A stretch of DNA of 64,000 nt from Candidatus Sumerlaeaceae bacterium (GCA_051003195.1 JBPCLP010000045.1:160001-224000); one strand, 5' to 3'. Shown: positions 1 to 10,564, counted from the first letter of the stretch. Notes: a model not told the origin generated them from the sequence alone. Program-made: numbers and translations.

Positions 1-2653
1 CGATGGGTTCGACCTCATCGATAGGGATCCGGTTACCCGCCTTAAAGCGGAATAGTCCACGAAGTGTCGCCAGCCTGACGCTCTGGTCGTTTATCAGCTT
101 CGCGTATTCCTTATAAATCTTATAGTCGCCGGTGCGAGTGGAATGCTGCAGCTTGAATACTGAATCGGGATTGAATAGATGGAACTCTCCGCCGCGCCTC
201 CACTGGTACTGTCCACCCCAGTCGAGCATGTCGAAGCGCTGCGTGCGCTCCTCGGGCCAGGCGTAGCGATGACGCAACAGCGCCTCGCGCGCCAGCACTT
301 CAAGACCAACGCCACTGATGCGTGAGGGCGTTTTCGTAAAGTATTCGTCCACCAGTTCCTTGTTAAGACCGATAGCTTCGAATATCTGTGCGCCCTGGTA
401 GCTCTGGATCGTCGAGATACCCATCTTGGCAATGATTTTCAGGATCGCCTTGTCCACGGCCTTGATGTAATTCTTCGTCGCTTTTTCAATATTGAGGTCA
501 TGTGCGCCGAGCTCATCCGGAATCGTGTGGTTCCGAATCATGTCAGCCAAAGTCTCGAACGCGAGGTACGGATTGATGGCGCCGGCGCCATATCCGATGA
601 GCAGCGCAAAGTGCATCACCTCGCGCGCCTCGCCTGTTTCAATAACGATGCCTGCACTCCCACGCAAACCTGCGCGGATGAGATGGTGATGCAGCCCCGC
701 CGTGGCCAAAAGTGCGGGAATAGCAGCGTGCTCAGCATCCACTCCGCGGTCGGAAAGAATGATCACATTATAATCGTCGTGACACGCCTGCTCGGCCTTC
801 GCGAACAAATCGTCCAGCGCCTTCTTCAGCCCTGCTTCGCCCTCTGAAACCTTGAACAGCATCGGCAGCGTGATCGTGCGATAGTCTCCACGTGTCAGAG
901 CGCGCACTTTTTCCAGCTCTTCGTTTGTCAGCACAACATGCTTCACACGTACAAGGTGGCAATGCTTCGGCGTCTCATCCAGGATGTTGTGCATCCGTCC
1001 GAGATAGTTGTAGGTCGACATGACCATCTCTTCGCGGATCGAATCAATCGGCGGATTCGTGACCTGCGCGAAGAGCTGCTTGAAATAGTTATACAGCAGT
1101 TGCTGGCGATCTGAAAGGACCGCCAGCGGCGTATCTGTGCCCATGCTGCCAAGTGCTTCCTCGCCAAGCGCGCCCATCGGAGCCATCAACATCCGAAGAT
1201 CCTCCAGCGTGTAACCAAAAGCCTGCTGGCGTGCGAGGATGGTATCATGGTCAGCGGGCTTCAGCGTGTCCGCGTCTGGAACCGGCAAATCCTCAAGATC
1301 GATAACATTCTCCTCGATCCACTCGGAGTAGTTATGACGGTTCGCCATCTGCGACTTGATCTCTTCATCGCCAATGATGCGGCCCTGCTCTGTGTCTACC
1401 AGTAGCATGCGGCCCGGTTGCATCTTGCCTTTATATTCGATGTTCTCGATCGGAATGTCGAGCACGCCAGACTCGGAGGCGTAGATCATGCGTCCGTCTT
1501 TTGTCACCCAGTAGCGCCCAGGCCGCAGGCCATTGCGGTCGAGTACAGCGCCTATCTGAGTGCCATCCGTAAAGCAGATCGCAGCAGGGCCGTCCCATGG
1601 CTCCATCAGGCACGCATGGTATTCGTAAAACGCGCGCTTGGCGGGGTCCATCCCAGGGTCACCACTCCAGGCTTCCGGTATCATCATCATCACTGCATGA
1701 GGCAGGCTGCGGCCACCCATCAGGAAAAACTCGAGAGCATTATCAAATGTCGCGCTATCGCTGCCTGTCTCGGTCACGAGTGGTTTAAGCTTGTGCAGGT
1801 CCGGGCCGAAGAGATCGCTCTGCAATTGCGCAAACCGTGAGGTCATCCAGTTTCGATTGCCACGCAACGTGTTGATCTCCCCGTTGTGCGCAATCATCCG
1901 ATACGGATGCGCCAGTTCCCAGGTCGGAAAGGTATTGGTCGAAAAACGACTGTGTACGAGCGCCATCGCGCTGATAACACTTTCGTCTTTCAGGTCCGGG
2001 TAAAATTCGGCGATCTGGTGGGCGATGAGCATGCCCTTGTAAATGATAGTGCGGTTCGAAAGGCTTGGAATATAGAATTCCTCATGCCCCGGCACTGCAT
2101 CGTCTTTAATATGGTAATTGGTCTGCTTGCGAATCAGGAATAACTTGCGGTCGAACGCGTGCGCATCTGCATACTCGCCCTTGCGCCGTATAAAAAACTG
2201 GCGGATCGCTGGCATGGCCGCACGGGCAACATAACCTATTGCAGCCGGGTCGATCGGAACGTCGCGCCATCCCAGGAACTCCTCGCCTTCGGAAGCCGTG
2301 ACCTTCTCGAGCACTTCTTCACACGCGCGGCGCTCGGCTGGATCATTGCTCAGAAATGCGACGCCCGCACCGTACTCCCCTGCTTCGGGCAGTTCAAAAC
2401 CCAGCTTTGCGCATTCACGTTTCAGGAAGTCGTGAGGAACTTGAAGAAGAATACCCGCGCCATCGCCAGTGTCAGGGTCGCAGCCGCAGGCCCCCCGATG
2501 CGTAAGATTCACAAGTACCTGGATGGCGTCTGCAACTGTCTGGTGCGACTTTCGCCCTTTGATATCCACGACGAAGCCAACGCCGCAGGCGTCGTGCTCG
2601 TTCTCAGGGTCGTATAACCCCTGCGCCTTGGGCAACCTGTTCCGGTACTCCAT
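1..2653 (-). CDS. gltB: Glutamate synthase large subunit, 5' part (runs off window start)
   Basis: Not in ORF track because it is open-ended. Minus strand from ATG 2653 reads MEYRNRLPKAQGLYDPENEHDACGVGF...HRGACGCDPDTGDGAG, then HSRFSTNTFP, HNGEINT and EPWDGPA, the GltB glutamine amidotransferase motifs. Purine-rich RBS upstream. Confidence 0.96.
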   Translation of the reverse strand, partial: MEYRNRLPKAQGLYDPENEHDACGVGFVVDIKGRKSHQTVADAIQVLVNLTHRGACGCDPDTGDGAGILLQVPHDFLKRECAKLGFELPEAGEYGAGVAFLSNDPAERRACEEVLEKVTASEGEEFLGWRDVPIDPAAIGYVARAAMPAIRQFFIRRKGEYADAHAFDRKLFLIRKQTNYHIKDDAVPGHEEFYIPSLSNRTIIYKGMLIAHQIAEFYPDLKDESVISAMALVHSRFSTNTFPTWELAHPYRMIAHNGEINTLRGNRNWMTSRFAQLQSDLFGPDLHKLKPLVTETGSDSATFDNALEFFLMGGRSLPHAVMMMIPEAWSGDPGMDPAKRAFYEYHACLMEPWDGPAAICFTDGTQIGAVLDRNGLRPGRYWVTKDGRMIYASESGVLDIPIENIEYKGKMQPGRMLLVDTEQGRIIGDEEIKSQMANRHNYSEWIEENVIDLEDLPVPDADTLKPADHDTILARQQAFGYTLEDLRMLMAPMGALGEEALGSMGTDTPLAVLSDRQQLLYNYFKQLFAQVTNPPIDSIREEMVMSTYNYLGRMHNILDETPKHCHLVRVKHVVLTNEELEKVRALTRGDYRTITLPMLFKVSEGEAGLKKALDDLFAKAEQACHDDYNVIILSDRGVDAEHAAIPALLATAGLHHHLIRAGLRGSAGIVIETGEAREVMHFALLIGYGAGAINPYLAFETLADMIRNHTIPDELGAHDLNIEKATKNYIKAVDKAILKIIAKMGISTIQSYQGAQIFEAIGLNKELVDEYFTKTPSRISGVGLEVLAREALLRHRYAWPEERTQRFDMLDWGGQYQWRRGGEFHLFNPDSVFKLQHSTRTGDYKIYKEYAKLINDQSVRLATLRGLFRFKAGNRIPIDEVEPI

Positions 2654-2910
2654 TGCTCTACTTCCCTTCCGATGCGCCCCCGCTGCGCAGGCGACGCCTT
2701 TGATGCTAAAGCCAAAACCGACAGCGCTGGGCACAGTTGACAGGGTGTGCTCAACCGCTACGGTTTGGCTCTCGCGACCGCTGGTTCGTTACGTAACAAT
2801 TCCGCAAGGCAGTTCAATCAAATAATCTGCACGTGCGCAAAAAGAAGCAGCGCAACGTATGACGCTGCCCGCGATAATAATCTTTACTGGGTTGCTGTAA
2901 CATAGAACGA

Positions 2911-3138
2911 ATGGATTTCATTATGTCTGATGCGCTTAACGGAAAAGGCTTTGTAGCAGGGCGTACGAACCTGCCCGTGGACCCGGTAATTGAAGCCTAT
3001 AAAAAGGATGTTGATCGCACATTGATCCGGCAGAATCTCAGCCGGAACATGGACCAGCGTATGCAGGGATTGCAGCAGATGCTCCAGCTTTATGCATACG
3101 GCCAGCGCAGAAGAGCGGAGTTGCGCCGGAAGCATTAA
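2911..3138 (+). CDS. Small hypothetical protein, putative antitoxin partner of the downstream nucleotidyltransferase
   Basis: 75 aa, charged and helical-looking; its stop overlaps the ATG of the next gene (TAATG). Confidence 0.6.
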   Translation: MDFIMSDALNGKGFVAGRTNLPVDPVIEAYKKDVDRTLIRQNLSRNMDQRMQGLQQMLQLYAYGQRRRAELRRKH

Positions 3139-3626
3139 TGCCGCAAGTAATGGATCCGCCAAGAATCGCACAGGTGCTCAATGACGGCAAGGTTGCGTAC
3201 ATTGTGGTCGGCGGAGTCGCGGCGACTCTTCACGGCTCTCCTCGCCTGACACGAGATTTCGATATCGTTTATCAACGAACCACTACAAACTACAAGGCAC
3301 TTGAGATTGCATTAAAGCCTCACAACCCATACCTGAGAGGGGCGCCGCCAGGCCTACCCTTTTCGTGGGACTCGGAAACGATTCAGCGAGGGCTCAACTT
3401 TACTCTCACAACTGACCTTGGAGACATCGATTGCCTTGGTGAAATCGTAGGGGGCGGCGGTTATGAGAATTTGTTGCCATTCGCAATCCCTGCAACATGG
3501 ACCGGCGTAAGCTGTATGATCCTTGGGTTAGAAAAGCTGATTGAAGTGAAACGCGCAGCAGGGCGTCCAAAGGACATCGAGGCAATTTCTGAACTCGAAG
3601 CTTTACTTGAGGAACATCTGGATTGA
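3138..3626 (+). CDS. Pol-beta superfamily nucleotidyltransferase (AbiEii/DUF6036-like)
   Basis: YIVVGGVAATLHG..RLTRDFDI (GG..DxD) and C-terminal LIEVKRAAGRPKD. Confidence 0.8.
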   Translation: MPQVMDPPRIAQVLNDGKVAYIVVGGVAATLHGSPRLTRDFDIVYQRTTTNYKALEIALKPHNPYLRGAPPGLPFSWDSETIQRGLNFTLTTDLGDIDCLGEIVGGGGYENLLPFAIPATWTGVSCMILGLEKLIEVKRAAGRPKDIEAISELEALLEEHLD

Positions 3627-3660
3627 AAATGCGTTGTGCCAAACATGAGGTCTGCCAACA

Positions 3661-4623
3661 ATGATAACCGCATACGATTTCGAAAAACCGCTTATCGAGC
3701 TCGAGCAGAAAATCCTCGAGCGCGAGAAGGCCGAGCCGCGCGACGAGGGCGAGCTTGAGCAACTGCGACTGGAACTCGAGCGGATGCAGCGGGAGATCTA
3801 CTCCCAGCTAAACCCGTGGCAACGCGTTCTGCTGGCGCGAGACAAGGAGCGCCCACGTTCACTGGATTTTGTGAAAGCTCTCATGACCGAGTTCGTGGAA
3901 ATCCATGGCGACCGCGCCTTTGGCGACGACAAGGCAATGGTCTGCGGTTTCGCGACTTTCCGCGGGCGACCGCTAACCGTCATCTGTCAGCAGAAGGGCA
4001 AGGACACCAAGGACAACATCGAACGCAACTGGGGCATGAGCCACCCCGAGGGATACCGCAAAGCCCTCCGGGTCATGCGCATGGCCGAAAAGTTTAATCT
4101 GCCGATTGTGGTGTTTATCGATACTCCGGGCGCATTTCCCGGAATCGGCGCCGAAGAGCGTGGCCAGGCAGAGGCGATCGCGCGCAACATCCGTGAAATG
4201 TTCACGGTCGAAGTCCCCATCATCTGTATTGTGATCGGCGAAGGCGCCAGCGGCGGAGCGCTAGGTGTCGGTGTAGGGGACCTGATCCTGATGCTCGAGA
4301 ATTCCTGGTATTGCGTCATTAGCCCCGAAGGCTGTGCGGGCATTTTGTGGAAGACGCCGGCCATGGCTGAAGCTGCAGCTGAGCAATTAAAATTAACGCC
4401 ACCGGACCTGGTGGAACTGGGGATCGCGGACGAGATTATTCCGGAACCAGCCGGCGGCGCGCACCGCAACCCGGCTGTCACGTTTGAAAACGTGGGGGCT
4501 GTGCTGGAACGTCGATTGGCGCCCCTGTGCGAAATGGATAAGCAGCAACTGCTCGAACGCCGCTATAATAAATACCGCTATATGGGCCGCTTCATCGACA
4601 CTTCAGAAACGGAAGAGGCCTGA
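3661..4623 (+). CDS. accA: Acetyl-CoA carboxylase carboxyltransferase alpha subunit
   Basis: DFEKPLIELE, IHGDRAFGDD, PEGYRKALR, IDTPGAFPG.GAEERGQ, GEGASGGAL, ISPEGCA. Confidence 0.97.
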   Translation: MITAYDFEKPLIELEQKILEREKAEPRDEGELEQLRLELERMQREIYSQLNPWQRVLLARDKERPRSLDFVKALMTEFVEIHGDRAFGDDKAMVCGFATFRGRPLTVICQQKGKDTKDNIERNWGMSHPEGYRKALRVMRMAEKFNLPIVVFIDTPGAFPGIGAEERGQAEAIARNIREMFTVEVPIICIVIGEGASGGALGVGVGDLILMLENSWYCVISPEGCAGILWKTPAMAEAAAEQLKLTPPDLVELGIADEIIPEPAGGAHRNPAVTFENVGAVLERRLAPLCEMDKQQLLERRYNKYRYMGRFIDTSETEEA

Positions 4624-4668
4624 CACGGCGGTATAAAATGCAGCGAACCGACATATCACTGGTGTCGG

Positions 4669-6372
4669 CTACTTTTTAGACCTGCCTATTGCCCGGGGCT
4701 TACGTTGCAGCGGTAGAGTTTCTTTACTGCGACTGTGTGCCGTGCTTGTATTTGTTCCGGATGCCATGGCAAGCAATCGACGCGCGCCCGCTATGGTGTA
4801 AGTCAGCGCCACACCTGCTGCAATATAGAAGCCGACAAACGCCGCCGTCAGCAACCGCGGGTCAAACCACTTGAACTGCACCAGGTAAAATGAAGGCGCG
4901 TGAAACAGGAAAAGCAGAATAAAGACAATACGTCCTGCGGTTGAAAACATTAAGCCAACTGTGCCGGCGAGTGACAGGACGACGAGCGTTCGAAGTAATT
5001 GCCGGTCCAAATCGAAAAACGGCTTAAATGCATACTGGGCCAGATCGCCCGAATAAAGCCGAACCATGCCGGCAAGGCTGCCCTTTACCACCTGGCCTAC
5101 CGTATGATACTTAAACAGGAATTCGCCCGTCTTCATTGGCCCGCCGGCGTATGCATCCTTGTTCACTTCAGCTTTCGTGGGAAAGCGCGGATCCACTCCC
5201 GCCAGTTCAAAGTTCGCGTAGAAGCGCATACCTATGTCGTTGATGAACATCGCGTTGTTGTATGTTTTTGAGCAATACACAAGGTAGGGAGCCACGGGAA
5301 TCGCGAGTGCGGCAATCGCCAGTGCCGCAACCCAGCTTTGCCTCAATGCCCGGCCATTTGTCCACCAGCTCACCCCGAAATGCACCAGAAGCGACAGCAC
5401 GTAGAACGTTATTCCGTGCAGACGCAACAGCGTGCCGGCTGCAGCAATAATGCCAAGCAGCAGATAGTGTTGCCATCGAATCGGCTTGCGCCAGTACGCC
5501 CAGTAAAAATAAAGGTATGCGAGAACAGAAGCAATGATCAGATCTTCGCGGAGCACCCGAACCGCGTCCATTGCCAGTTCGTAAGAACACGCGAAAAGCA
5601 ACGATGCACAGAAGGCGACCAGCAGTCCAAACAGCCGGTAGGCTGACAGGAATAAAACCCCCAGTGCGAAGAATGAAAACAAACATGCGTACAGGCGCAT
5701 CGCAGGATCGGAATAATCTCCGGTGCTGAAGATACGGGTTAACTTAAGCGCCCATATGTAACCCGGCTCCCGAAACTCAGTCGCATATCCAAAAGGGCGT
5801 TGCGAGATGAGCTGATAACCCATGGCGTCCGGATCCAGTGGCGAGCGCAGAAGTGCGGAAAGCGTCAGGTGCCGCACTTTAGCTGCGCAGGTGAGTACAA
5901 TCGCAAACAGCGAGGCGGCGATTGCGCCGTCGACCGGCCAGCCATCGCGCCAGCGTCGAATCATCAGATACGCGATACCGGCGAACGGCACCATCAGGTA
6001 GAGGTACTGCACTTGCGGCGGCACAAATGCAGTCGCAACCACAAGAGCCAGGCTGCCGCCGCCCCACAACAAACCTGTTTTGGCAGAACGTGTGTATGCC
6101 GCAATCAACGCAGGCGTGATGCTCGCCGGCACAACAAGCCACAGCAGCACGTACTCGCGGATCGCGTCCCGGTTGTTACCGGCAGAAACCGCCTTGCAGA
6201 CCGACAGCACGTCGCGGATGTGCGTTATAAATACAAAAGCGAGAATGCCGAGCAGTATCGACACCGCCACCCGCCTCACGTGCTCGGATGCAATCGCTTC
6301 GACGATCCGCGAGCGCAGCGTCTCCCAAGAGCCTCTGACTTGCAATGGCTCCGCAGTCAAATGTGCGCCCAA
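4669..6372 (-). CDS. Polytopic membrane protein, GT-C fold glycosyltransferase-like (PMT/ArnT family)
   Basis: Many hydrophobic segments; DPDAMGY loop followed by REPGY, typical of GT-C enzymes. Start codon uncertain. Confidence 0.65.
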   Translation of the reverse strand: MGAHLTAEPLQVRGSWETLRSRIVEAIASEHVRRVAVSILLGILAFVFITHIRDVLSVCKAVSAGNNRDAIREYVLLWLVVPASITPALIAAYTRSAKTGLLWGGGSLALVVATAFVPPQVQYLYLMVPFAGIAYLMIRRWRDGWPVDGAIAASLFAIVLTCAAKVRHLTLSALLRSPLDPDAMGYQLISQRPFGYATEFREPGYIWALKLTRIFSTGDYSDPAMRLYACLFSFFALGVLFLSAYRLFGLLVAFCASLLFACSYELAMDAVRVLREDLIIASVLAYLYFYWAYWRKPIRWQHYLLLGIIAAAGTLLRLHGITFYVLSLLVHFGVSWWTNGRALRQSWVAALAIAALAIPVAPYLVYCSKTYNNAMFINDIGMRFYANFELAGVDPRFPTKAEVNKDAYAGGPMKTGEFLFKYHTVGQVVKGSLAGMVRLYSGDLAQYAFKPFFDLDRQLLRTLVVLSLAGTVGLMFSTAGRIVFILLFLFHAPSFYLVQFKWFDPRLLTAAFVGFYIAAGVALTYTIAGARRLLAMASGTNTSTAHSRSKETLPLQRKPRAIGRSKK

Positions 6373-6442
6373 TCGCTTTTATCGTTGTGGTCTTGCTGGA
6401 TCGCCGAAAGCGCCTCGCCGATCGTTCGTACCAGCAATCCCA

Positions 6443-7060
6443 TCAGGCGGTCAGGTAGCCTTTGCTGTCGAGGTAAGCCAGCACAGTCTCGACGCTTTGC
6501 TCCACGGATTGAGTATCGGTGCGCAGGTGAACTTCGGGATTCGACGGCGCTTCGTACGGCGCATCCGCGGACACCCCGGTGAAGCCCTTTATCTCACCGG
6601 CCATTGCCTTCTTGTATAAGCCCTTTGGATCACGCTCGGCGCAAACGGCGACTGGAGCGTCCACGAAAATTTCCACAAACTCATTCTCTTTCACCAGGCT
6701 ACGCGCCAGATCACGATCAGCTCGGTACGGGCTGATAAAGCTCGTAATTACGATCAGCCCGGCATCGACAAACAGTTTTGAGACTTCGCCGATGCGACGA
6801 ATGTTCTCAGTCCGGTCCTCAGGCGAAAAGCCCAGGTTCTTGTTCAGTCCATGGCGGATATTGTCTCCATCCAGCACATATGCCAGATGACCGCGCTGAA
6901 TGAGCACCTGTTCCAGTGCGACAGCTATTGTACTCTTACCACACGCCGATAACCCGGTAAGCCACACGCAGCAGGGTTTCTGCTTCGTCAGCGCCAGCCG
7001 CTCCTCGCGTGTGACGTTACCTGCGTGCCACGTGATGTTGGTTGCCTTCTGTTCTGCCAT
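6443..7060 (-). CDS. cysC: Adenylyl-sulfate kinase
   Basis: WLTGLSACGKST, LDGDNIRHGL, DRTENIRRIGEV, SFISPY, RDPKGLY. Confidence 0.96.
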   Translation of the reverse strand: MAEQKATNITWHAGNVTREERLALTKQKPCCVWLTGLSACGKSTIAVALEQVLIQRGHLAYVLDGDNIRHGLNKNLGFSPEDRTENIRRIGEVSKLFVDAGLIVITSFISPYRADRDLARSLVKENEFVEIFVDAPVAVCAERDPKGLYKKAMAGEIKGFTGVSADAPYEAPSNPEVHLRTDTQSVEQSVETVLAYLDSKGYLTA

Positions 7061-7240
7061 AATTGTCGATACTTCCGTTAATTGGAGTCAGGCTTTGCCT
7101 GCAAAAGCGCTGTATCGGTGGAGAGACTAGCGGACGCGTCAACCGCGGATTTCACGCGTTCAAATTCCGGGCGACAATAATTCGCGCTCGGCACTGGAAC
7201 GCAAATGGCACTAGTGAGGTAAGTGACTGAAACAAGGGAG

Positions 7241-7269
7241 TTGACGGTATTGCACGCGGTTCCTATAAT
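7241..7269 (+). promoter_or_regulatory. Sigma70-type promoter for the GH18 gene
   Basis: TTGACG (7241-7246), 17 bp spacer, TATAAT (7264-7269), 60 bp upstream of ATG 7330. Confidence 0.75.
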
Positions 7270-7329
7270 TGAAGCACCGGCTCGCACCACAGCTAAATCC
7301 TGCCAAATCAGAAGGATATTGTCCTACCC

Positions 7330-10300
7330 ATGAAGGATCTGTTGCAAATCATTGCCATTGTGGGTCTTATGGCGGGCGGTGTGTTCAGGTGCAGCGACGC
7401 CGCTGCTGCTGGGAAACCGGCGATTGATCCAAACTTCGTGGTATTTGGCTATATTCAGTCCGAAACCATTCTGCCGCACGTGCGCTGGAATGCGCTCACA
7501 CATGTGTCGGGCACGTTCACTGGGTTCAATTCCACGGGAACGCTGACGTCCAATATCAGCGGCCGCCACGCGATACTGAAGGCTGGTGGTGCTGCACAGG
7601 CGGCAGGCGTAAAATACATCATGGTTGTGCAGAGTTTCGACGACAGCTCGGGCGGTGTGATCGAGGATGTAATGACCGACTACACGGCAAATGGGCCTAA
7701 GCAGACCTTGATTAACGGCATCGTCAGCCAGGTCACCGCCGATGGATATTGTGGCGGTGTGAACTTCGACCTGGAGTTTTCCTGGGGAAGCGCCGTGCGC
7801 GACGGCATCGCCGATATGCTAACGAAGCTACGTGCCGCTCTACCTTCGCAGTATCAATTGAGCGTCTACACCAATGCAATCTACAGCAGCGCGCAATGGA
7901 ATGCGCCGAATCTTGCAACAAACTGCGACTTCGTGATGATGAGCGGCTACGACTGGGCAACTGGAAACACCGCGCACGCCATTACGGATCATAACAACAA
8001 TACGCCCCAGATAAACAACTGGATCAACGCAGGAATTCCAGCGGAAAAATTCGTTTACACCATCTCTGCCTATGGACGACGTTGGGATGGAATCAGCGCA
8101 TATAATGCGGTGGGCAGCAACGCCTCCTCCCGCGGATTTACCGACGGGTTATACGACACAACGCTACGCGCTGCGAACGCCGGTCCCTACACCAACAACT
8201 ATGTAACCGGCGATGAGGGTGCTTGGTATACGTATAATAACGGTACACAACGCACCGTAACGTGGGACAATCTCGATAGTCTGGAATACAAGATACGCGC
8301 CATGCGCAGCCTGGGAACCGGAACTAATGCGGGCAAGCGGCTCGGCGGCGTGGCGTTCTGGTCGCTGATGTGGATGTCGGATATGAACCGTGAGGCCGGC
8401 GGACTGAGCTTCCAATCGCGCGATCCCATCACAGGCGTGACCGGCAGTTCAGATACGGCTACCTATGCCTATACCAGGACCTACCCTCACGTCTATCAGC
8501 TGACGCAGGAAATCCTTTCGCCGCCTGGCACTGCGAGGCAGGTGTTCAACAAGTTTGAAGGATTAGACTACCGCTGGGATGCATTCAGCGGCACCGGCAG
8601 CACTCCATCACCAGATAATCTGAATTTCAGCACGGCATCCACCCGCCAGATCATTGCAACGCCCTCCGGTACCGGCGCGCCACCGGACAGCACGAACTGT
8701 ATGCGACTTGTGTTTACCTTCACCGCTGCACCAGGTAAGTGCTTCTTCCGGCACGAACTGCTGAACTCGGAAATCGACAACAGCGTCACCGACATCCACG
8801 CGGCCAACGCGAAGTTTACGGCAAACAACGCAGTCAGCGCCTACGTACGGTCGGCGATAGCATACACGGGCGTAACAGTTCGGCTCGTCGTGTTTGACGC
8901 CAACCGGCAACTGGAAGCGTCACCCGCCTTCCCGCTGAACACCAGCGGCTGGCAACAGTTCACCTGGGACATGACAGATACGGCGCTGGGGAATATCAAC
9001 GGTCTTGTGACACTGGAACCGGCGTTCACGTCGGGCAATGGGGTCATCAATACAGCAGGTGCAGGAGCCAATGATATTGGTTTTGTTGGCTTCCTGGTTG
9101 AGACCACTGCCGGCGGAGCGCTCACGGGTACTCTGCACTTCGATGAGCTCGCGCATGAGACGCGAACACCCGGCGGCGCCGCTTATACCATCAATGAATT
9201 CCGCTACATGACAGCAGCAGAGGAGTTCGTGGAGATCACCGGTCCCGCTGGCGCTTTTCCCGCAAACCTGCAGCTGCGCATCTATGACGCAGCCACTAGC
9301 ATTGTTACCACGACCGTTAACCTCGGCGGACAGACAATGCCCGCAAGCGGACGCTTCGTCGTTGGCGACACTTCCGTCGCGAATGTGAACTATATCCCCG
9401 GCGGCTGGGGCTCCAGTAACAACATTCCCAACAATCTCGCGGGCGGCATCCAGATCCTCGATTCGGTATCGGGCGCTGTTTACGATTCTGTTACTTACAG
9501 GGCTATGGCCGGTCTGGGCGAACTCGTCCGCCGCCAGACGCTCGGCATCACCAGCGAGGGCTACGGCTGGCTCGGCGACACGGGCAGCGCCACAACGAAC
9601 CATACCTTCGGCCGATACCCGGACGGCGCGGACACAAACATTAACGAGGATGACTTCACGCTGATGCCAGCGACTCCCGGCGCTGCCAATGGCGGCGCCA
9701 TCAACGCGGCCACGGGCGCGACATTTGACTTCACCACTGCTCCCCCGGCCTCGGTCGCCTTTCAGACCTATCAGTCGTTCAGCGCACAGGCGCCAGCTGT
9801 AGGGATGAACACAGTCGGGACGAGCGGCAACGTGTTGCGTGTGATTGATACTAGCGGTGGTGGGACGCAGGCCTATTTCGGAGACGCGGCACTCGGCGGC
9901 GCGGCAGGCTACAACGTCACCGGACTGCTGTACATTCCACCCACCACAGATCCTGCGCAGTCGATTGGAATTGGCATCTCTGGTCGCCAGGGCAGCACAT
10001 TCTTCTCCTCATCCAACAGCGCGACCACTGGATATGAGTCAGGCTACTGGCTCGTTTACGAAAATGGATCGACAGGATTGAACGACGGACAGCCGAATCA
10101 CGCGGGCGCTTTCCAATTCCTGCTGGCAAAAAACGACAATATGCTCTCCACGCGGACGCTCGCGCTGGGCGCCAATCAGACGCTCGCCAATGTGGGTATC
10201 ACGTTGCCTCCAATCGGTATCTGGGTCCCGTTCCGTCTATCCATCAATCCCTCCGCACCGGACGTAAACGGACGTCTGCTCGCTCAAATCAACGGTGTGG

Positions 10301-10476
10301 ACGTTTATCGCGGCGCCATCCCAACCGGCGGGCCCACTTCGGGCGCGTTTCAGGTTGGCTTCCGCGATCCCGCTGGCACCGCCATCACCAATGCACGCAT
10401 GGGAACCTGGCTTGAGGACCTCACGATCAATAACTCAGCCGTCCCCGTCACGCTGACGGACATCTCCGCAGAATAA
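7330..10476 (+). CDS. Secreted GH18 (chitinase-like) glycoside hydrolase with lamin-tail-like and other beta-rich domains
   Basis: Signal-like N-terminus; GGVNFDLEF, MMSGYDW, GIPAEK, YGR, LGGVAFW (GH18); INEFRY..EEFVEI (lamin tail-like); C-terminal tail SAVPVTLTDISAE. Confidence 0.8.
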   Translation: MKDLLQIIAIVGLMAGGVFRCSDAAAAGKPAIDPNFVVFGYIQSETILPHVRWNALTHVSGTFTGFNSTGTLTSNISGRHAILKAGGAAQAAGVKYIMVVQSFDDSSGGVIEDVMTDYTANGPKQTLINGIVSQVTADGYCGGVNFDLEFSWGSAVRDGIADMLTKLRAALPSQYQLSVYTNAIYSSAQWNAPNLATNCDFVMMSGYDWATGNTAHAITDHNNNTPQINNWINAGIPAEKFVYTISAYGRRWDGISAYNAVGSNASSRGFTDGLYDTTLRAANAGPYTNNYVTGDEGAWYTYNNGTQRTVTWDNLDSLEYKIRAMRSLGTGTNAGKRLGGVAFWSLMWMSDMNREAGGLSFQSRDPITGVTGSSDTATYAYTRTYPHVYQLTQEILSPPGTARQVFNKFEGLDYRWDAFSGTGSTPSPDNLNFSTASTRQIIATPSGTGAPPDSTNCMRLVFTFTAAPGKCFFRHELLNSEIDNSVTDIHAANAKFTANNAVSAYVRSAIAYTGVTVRLVVFDANRQLEASPAFPLNTSGWQQFTWDMTDTALGNINGLVTLEPAFTSGNGVINTAGAGANDIGFVGFLVETTAGGALTGTLHFDELAHETRTPGGAAYTINEFRYMTAAEEFVEITGPAGAFPANLQLRIYDAATSIVTTTVNLGGQTMPASGRFVVGDTSVANVNYIPGGWGSSNNIPNNLAGGIQILDSVSGAVYDSVTYRAMAGLGELVRRQTLGITSEGYGWLGDTGSATTNHTFGRYPDGADTNINEDDFTLMPATPGAANGGAINAATGATFDFTTAPPASVAFQTYQSFSAQAPAVGMNTVGTSGNVLRVIDTSGGGTQAYFGDAALGGAAGYNVTGLLYIPPTTDPAQSIGIGISGRQGSTFFSSSNSATTGYESGYWLVYENGSTGLNDGQPNHAGAFQFLLAKNDNMLSTRTLALGANQTLANVGITLPPIGIWVPFRLSINPSAPDVNGRLLAQINGVDVYRGAIPTGGPTSGAFQVGFRDPAGTAITNARMGTWLEDLTINNSAVPVTLTDISAE

Positions 10477-10564
10477 GCTCACGCGCCCGCCAGCCTGGTC
10501 CTTCGCTCCTCGGTTTTCGTACCTCGTACGACGCTATCTGCTCGTCTACTCTCTACTCTCTGTT

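Noticed and set aside
94..2825. Numerous short ORFs in the track
   Set aside because: Shadows of gltB, which the track misses because it is open at the window edge.
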